Shown here piece after piece: positions 58,708 to 64,000 of a DNA stretch of 64,000 bases; within the stretch, counting starts at the first letter, position 1, and each line of letters begins with the position of its first letter. The notes beneath the pieces are model-generated. The model was not told the origin of the DNA, did not search any database, and saw only the letters and a program-made list of their open reading frames with translations. Position numbers and translations under genes: made by a program. Source of the stretch: Anthoceros angustus (lineage: Eukaryota > Plantae > Anthocerotophyta). The stretch is from positions 1,054,001 to 1,118,000 of the forward strand of contig VJWM01000011.1 of assembly GCA_010909165.1 (NCBI GenBank), given 5' to 3'.

Positions 58708-60804
58708 ATGGCGTCGCAGCTGATACCGCACGTTGTCGCCTTCTTGTCTGCAATTTTGTTGCTGGGATCCGTGGTTGCTCCAGTTGCTGGAAAATCCATC
58801 GCCCACGAGCGGCCAAGGTACCGATGTGAGGCCAGCAGCGAGGCCATAGCCAGCTTGCAAGCTCCTCCCCCGGGGATAACCGTGGGAATCGAGCACTACG
58901 GCTACCACTTCGTGTCCAACAACGTCTCTGGGCTTTCCCCGCTTCTCACAGGCGGCGACCGCATTGTGAATCGCGGCACAATCTTCCTCCCAGAACAGGA
59001 TGTTGCTCCGGAAGCGTACGCTCCCTACGCCATCGGTACAACGCTGTAATCCATACCTGACTGGTCAGTGCCCAGTGCACGCTATCGCTGCTGTGATTCG
59101 CGATTCAACTTCTTTGCTTCTGTGCAATGCTGCAGGGTCGGCTGGCAGGGGACGATACAGCGCCGTCTTGAACAAGGCGGACGTGAATTTGGTGGCGCAA
59201 GCCATCTTCCAGAGATTGGATATTTCGGAGTGGGCTCTGGTCGCCCACGGAAACGCGCGGGAGCTGTGGGTGCGGAGCTTGTGGGTTCGCTGCCCGGCCA
59301 GTTCACGGCACTGGCATTGTTGGGCTCTACGCTGCCGGACAATGTGGATCTCGCCAATTCCAGTGTGGGAGTGTACGTCTACTTCGGCAGCCAGGACACG
59401 GTTGTGCCGCCTTCCACGCTCGCCAAGTTCGCATCCCGGCTTCCTGGTAAAGTGCCTGAATCCAAATCTGGAACTTTCTTCAAATGCTGTCCGAATCATG
59501 GACTGCACTGTGATGGCGTAATCCCCTTCAATGGCAGGCAAATGTTCGTGATGAACCCATCTTGATTTTGCAATTTCTTGACGGTGTACGGTCATGTGCA
59601 GGTGATGCCTATGTTGCTACCTCGTTGAACACCACGCACTACGGCCTCGACTACAGCGATTGCCTAGGCAACACACCCACACCGACAAAACGAGGCCCAG
59701 GCAGCAACAAGACGGAGGCAGCCCAGGGCGTGGCAGATCAGATATTTGAGGACTCGCTGAATGCCGTGTTACGGTTTCAGCCATGGCCGCCCATCACGCC
59801 CCGAGCTGTGTCCTTCGGGAACCAGGCTTTGCTGCTCCCCAACAACATTGGGTCTAAGCCTTACCCCGCCGGAATCCCCAGGAATCAGGTCACATTCCAG
59901 CGCTACCCTGCCCCGGCCGTCGCCCCGGCTCCTCCAGTGAGTCCCTTCTCTCCAGAAATCCCGTTTCTGAGTCTCTTCCCGTCAGACCGAGTCCTCGTAG
60001 TTGAACCTTCTGCTAATGGGCCTTGGGATTGGCATCCGATTCGGCATTTGCAGAGATCATGGTATGTGTTTTCCCCGGAGAACATCAAGGATGGCGCAGG
60101 CTTGCTCTATTTCCCAGGAGCGGGAATCAATATCAAGAACTACTTCCCCCTTGCGTTCGAAATAGCCGCGCGAGGTTACCTTGTGGTCCTGCTGGAGCAA
60201 CCTGCCCGCTCCTCCACTCAGGCCGACAACCTGACTCAACTAGTGTCGGACGCGAACAATGTGATGGGCAGCACTGTTTTCAAAGGTACGTATTCTTTCT
60301 GTTCTTCTTCCGCCGTCCTGTGCAAGTGCTGTTCACAGAAACTGCTCTCCTCCACTGTACTCGGTAGGTGCAGTTCTCACCAAACTGCCGTGCTTCTAGA
60401 AACGTCTCACAAGGTGGGTACGTGCAGGCCTCGGGGTGGAGAAATGGGCGGTGGGCGCCCATTCCAGAGGAGGTAGAGCTGCCTCTAACGTTGCGGCCCT
60501 GCAGAACGGAACGGACACCCAGAAGGTGCAGGCGTTGGTGCTTCACGCAGGCGTCGTGGGTGTCAACCTCACCTCTTCCCCACTTCCGGTTGTGCTCATT
60601 TTCGGCAGCTTTGACGTCTTTTTCCTGGGCCAGCCTGTGTCCCCCTTGCTCAACAAGGCAACCACCGAAGTTCATGTGGTGGAAGGCGCCAACCACGAAC
60701 AAACCGCCGACTACGAGGGTACCGTAGTGGGCACTATCAGTTCCCAAGAGCAACAAGCCACCTTCGCTCAACTCACAGCGGACTTTTTGCGCAAACATTT
60801 GTAG
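58708..60804 (+). CDS. Secreted tandem alpha/beta-hydrolase (two Abhydrolase_5-like domains), 4 exons, one apparent frameshift
   Basis: Exons 58708-59035, 59136-59446, 59602-60285 and 60428-60804; signal peptide. Domain 2: GLLYFPGAGI..KNYFPLAFEIAARGYLVV, WAVGAHSRGG, LIFGSFD, VEGANHEQ...ISSQEQQ. Domain 1: TIFLPEQDVAPEAYAPYA, EWALVAHGN, VYFGSQD. Exon 2 is off frame by +2/-1 at ~59254-59260. Confidence 0.8.
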
Positions 60805-61399
60805 CAACCAGGGTGACCTCGTCGGGGTAACGACGGCTTACTGACCGGAGTCAGATTATTTCTTATTCTTTTCAAATTTGATCCAAGACTGTCCTTGCAT
60901 CCGATAACGTTGTCGTCAGTCGGATTGCTGAGTAGGTTTTGAGGACTTCATTTGTTGAGCGAGTCTTAAAATATTGGGTCTCATCGACATCGAGTGAGAT
61001 TGACAGAGAGCGTCGGGCTCTCATTCCGCCGCGATTATGTAATGCTTTGATCCGCGATTTTGCTCTAATCCCTAAATGGTTGTTCTTGTATAAGCGCCAA
61101 AGATCATTAATGTCGTGGTGATTGTTGGGCGCCAACTGAGCTGCTAGGCATTCTTTTGCCCAATGTTTCTCTTAGTTGGTAACCTAAGACGCTCATGAAA
61201 CTTTGCATGCTTCAGTCCAAATTATGAGTGCCCTTGTGAGAATGTTTACCAGCATATCCTTAGTATGATAATATCCTACTTAAAGTGGTGCCTTTCTTCA
61301 CGCACTCTATGAGGAGATCATATCTACTTTCAATATGCTTGAATCCAGCATGGAAGATCGGGTTTTTGGCAAGGGTGATTGCTCCTTCATTGTCCTTGC

Positions 61400-63550
61400 A
61401 TAGGATTGCAGTAAGCTAGTCTGGGGAAACCCTAGGTTGGTATCTATCTGTCCGAATCCAGGTGTTTCTTGGCAACTTCGGCGCTTGCAATGTTCTCGGC
61501 AACTTCGGCGCTTGCAATGTTCTCGGCAACTTCGGCGCTTGCAATGTTCTCGGCAACTTCGGCGCTTGCAATGTTCTCAGCAACTTCGGCGCTTGTAATG
61601 TTCTCGGCAGTTTCGGCACTTGCAATGTTCTTGGCAGTTTCAGCGCTTGTAATGTTCTCGGGTTCAGTAGCCGAGAGGGCAGTTGTAGACTACTCTTTGA
61701 AGCTCCACGTGACGGACCTCTCCCCAATTACTCATTGGTAAGGAATTTCATCTTCTTTATCAACTAGCTACATTATATGTCATAGCAAATGTACATATGG
61801 AATACTCATCCCCAGCGGGTAGTCGACTGATACTCGGGGGAGGTTTACAAGCTAGGTCTAACTAAACCTAAAAGGGTGGGGCCGTCATTGTAAAGGTGTC
61901 GCCCCTGAGAGTGTGAGCCATTTCATGCCATGACAACTAGCTACTTATTGGTAGGGGATTTTCATCTCCTTTGTCCACTACTTATTGGTAGAGAATTTTC
62001 ATCTCCTTTATCCACTACTTGTTGATAGGAAATTTCATCTCCTCCTTGTCTCTTGGGCACATCGTCTCAATGAGCAAGGTCTCAACTTCCATTCGAGTGG
62101 TTGCTAGGTTATAGTCTTGAATCCGATTCACCCGAATATGGTTGTCATCCAATTCGAGACTATAACTCGACATCATAATCGCATTGCTTCTACCACTCTT
62201 CTATTCAACTTTTTTTTGTGTGTGCATGTAGAGGAATACATCTGTTCTTGAAATGAGAGCTCAGGTGAGTATCACACTTTGTACAACATTTTAATGTCAC
62301 ACTTTCAAGAAGTGTGATAAATGTAAGATCAGTTTCTGGCCCAGGGTGTGCTCCGTTACACAAGGTGTGACAAACCTTATATTTAACTCGAGTTAGGTGA
62401 ATGATCGGAGGCCATCCACTAAAATTCTGTCATGGTTAACCAACTGGCACACTTGGCATGCCCAGGTTGGTGAGCCACGGACATAACCGAAACGGCTAGT
62501 CAACTCCACATAACTGAAGGGGCTAGTCAGCTCCTTGGAACGCGCCGGCTCTACCTGGTTGGTATTCCTGTTTTATCAAATTGTGTTTGCGTTGTAAATC
62601 TAAACTCTTTTATTTCATCTGGATGGAATAGAAGAGTTTAGATTTACAACGCAAATATAATTTGAAAGAATTAAGGACAAACATAATATAAAAAAATAAG
62701 AGAATTAGTAATAGAATCAATTAATGAGTCCAAAAGTAGAGTTTCACTTTCATGTAATCCTAAAGTTCGAGTGTTTAATTGAAAAGCATTTTTCACAATT
62801 GGAGACTTTAATGGAAGGCCAAACATTGAACCTTATTCAGAGGCCAAAGAATTGGGAGGCCAATTTGTAGAAAAAGATTGGGTAACGCAAAGCAAAATTC
62901 TCAAAGTATATATAATAGCAATCACGCTTGGAGTATAAACGAAAGGAATGGAGAAAAAGGTCGCTTTGGGAAATACCGTAGCCTCGGATGCTCGTTTTAA
63001 TAGCACAGTGTACCACTGTGCTCGTGTCACATTGAACAAGAAGTTGTTGCAGCCGGGAGGCTTAAAGTTAACGTTGAGGTATTATGATGTTGCTCATTAT
63101 GTAAGAGCAAACACCGCAAGATCTGGTCCGAACAAACAAGTATTTGATTGGCTTTACGGATAAGAGCAAGCATCAATTGATGGTGAGGAAGTATATCTTT
63201 CGCTGGGAAAGTATATCAAAGTGCTCCAACACAAATCAAAGAGTGGGCAAATTTGAATGACGGTTCCACCAGGAAGACCTTGGTCGTACAAGCTCATGGC
63301 TGGGGACATACACAACAACAAAAATGAAATGGTTGTTGCAAAATCATTTCTAGTGGGCGAGAATTGGAACAATAGCTGAGGAAGTGCTCAATAGCTATCA
63401 GGCTTGTGCCCAATAAATAGGTTATATCCATGAAATGATGACAAACCAAGGAAAAGAATTCCAAGGTATTTTGGAGGACATATGGTGATGTGTTGAATGA
63501 ACATAACCTATCAATTACAAAACAAAGCAAACCTATGAACTAGCAAAGAA
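61400..63550. mobile_element. Probable TE-derived sequence (LTR-like with internal repeats and broken ORFs)
   Basis: Contains the 27 bp array, repeated CTACTTATTGGTAG..AATTTCATCTCC units (61730-62045) and fragmented ORFs with no recognisable domain. Confidence 0.3.
61462..61660. repeat. 27 bp tandem repeat x7
   Basis: GGCAACTTCGGCGCTTGCAATGTTCTC at 61471, 61498, 61525, 61552, then diverging copies. Confidence 0.92.
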
Positions 63551-64000
63551 AACTATTAAACAAAAGAAAACTATTGTACAAAATTAAACTATTAACTAAT
63601 GTAGCAATTAAACCGAGGAACGTAACTTAGGAACTGTGAGGAGAAGTGTGGAGAAACTACTCGTTCCCGCTATGGGCAATGCTAGCAAGCACACACTTTG
63701 TTTGGACAAGAGAGTTGTGAAAGCAGAGCATGTTATCCTAATAGGGAAGTGCATACCTCCGCCAAGTTGAAGGGGCAGCCAAGACTGGGTAGACGATCAT
63801 ATAACAGGAGGGGAGTCCCTCCCCAACGTTAAGCGGGGAGCATTTGTCTAGACTCCACCATGCTTCTGATGATTGCTAGTATTTACTGAAGACTTGTTGT
63901 TCCAAGCCCTTCTTCACATTATTGTTGTGTGCCTTAGTTGCCTTTTTATCTTACACTCCTTATATGTGTATGAGAGGCCCGTGAGTCTGATGCCTGCAGC

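Noticed and set aside
59068-59565. Alternative splicing that would bypass the hydrolase frameshift
   Set aside because: The only in-phase upstream AG gives a 33 nt intron, and the family-like residues (EWALVAHG) lie in the other frame.
62833-63530. Short ORFs near the window end as gag or transposase
   Set aside because: Fragmented, with no diagnostic motif recognised.

Overview
Nuclear DNA of a non-seed land plant. Hornwort-like is my inference from a PLS-PPR with elongated L motifs and a 'PGxSWWTD' (WW-type) PG box, short ~80-150 nt introns and tightly packed genes. Gene islands: a two-box HMG protein related to the 3xHMG-box family (-), a Lines homolog (-) head-to-head with mitoribosomal mL46 (+), an intact 8-exon secreted vanadium-haloperoxidase-like gene (+), acetylornithine aminotransferase (+), an intronless J-domain ORF (+), a ~32-repeat PLS-E+ PPR editing factor (+), tRNA-Ser(AGA) (-) and a secreted tandem alpha/beta-hydrolase gene with one apparent frameshift (+). 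Positions ~2.3-28 kb are a nest of decayed transposons: LINE, LTR-like, hAT, CACTA and Sola-like. The most novel signal lies in that nest and is not visible as a single ORF: a frameshift-riddled minus-strand reading frame (~11.4-14.2 kb) joining a ParB/Srx-like domain to a beta-class DNA N6A/N4C methyltransferase. It is flanked in the same orientation by a hAT transposase remnant, a Myb/SANT-like ORF and a DUF4283-CCHC ORF. A 2.25 kb (CCTCTG)n microsatellite and many short tandem arrays are also present. Parts of 10-17 kb have an indel pattern suggesting unpolished long-read consensus, so some 'pseudogene' lesions may be assembly errors. All family assignments are by eye from motifs; no database searches were run.
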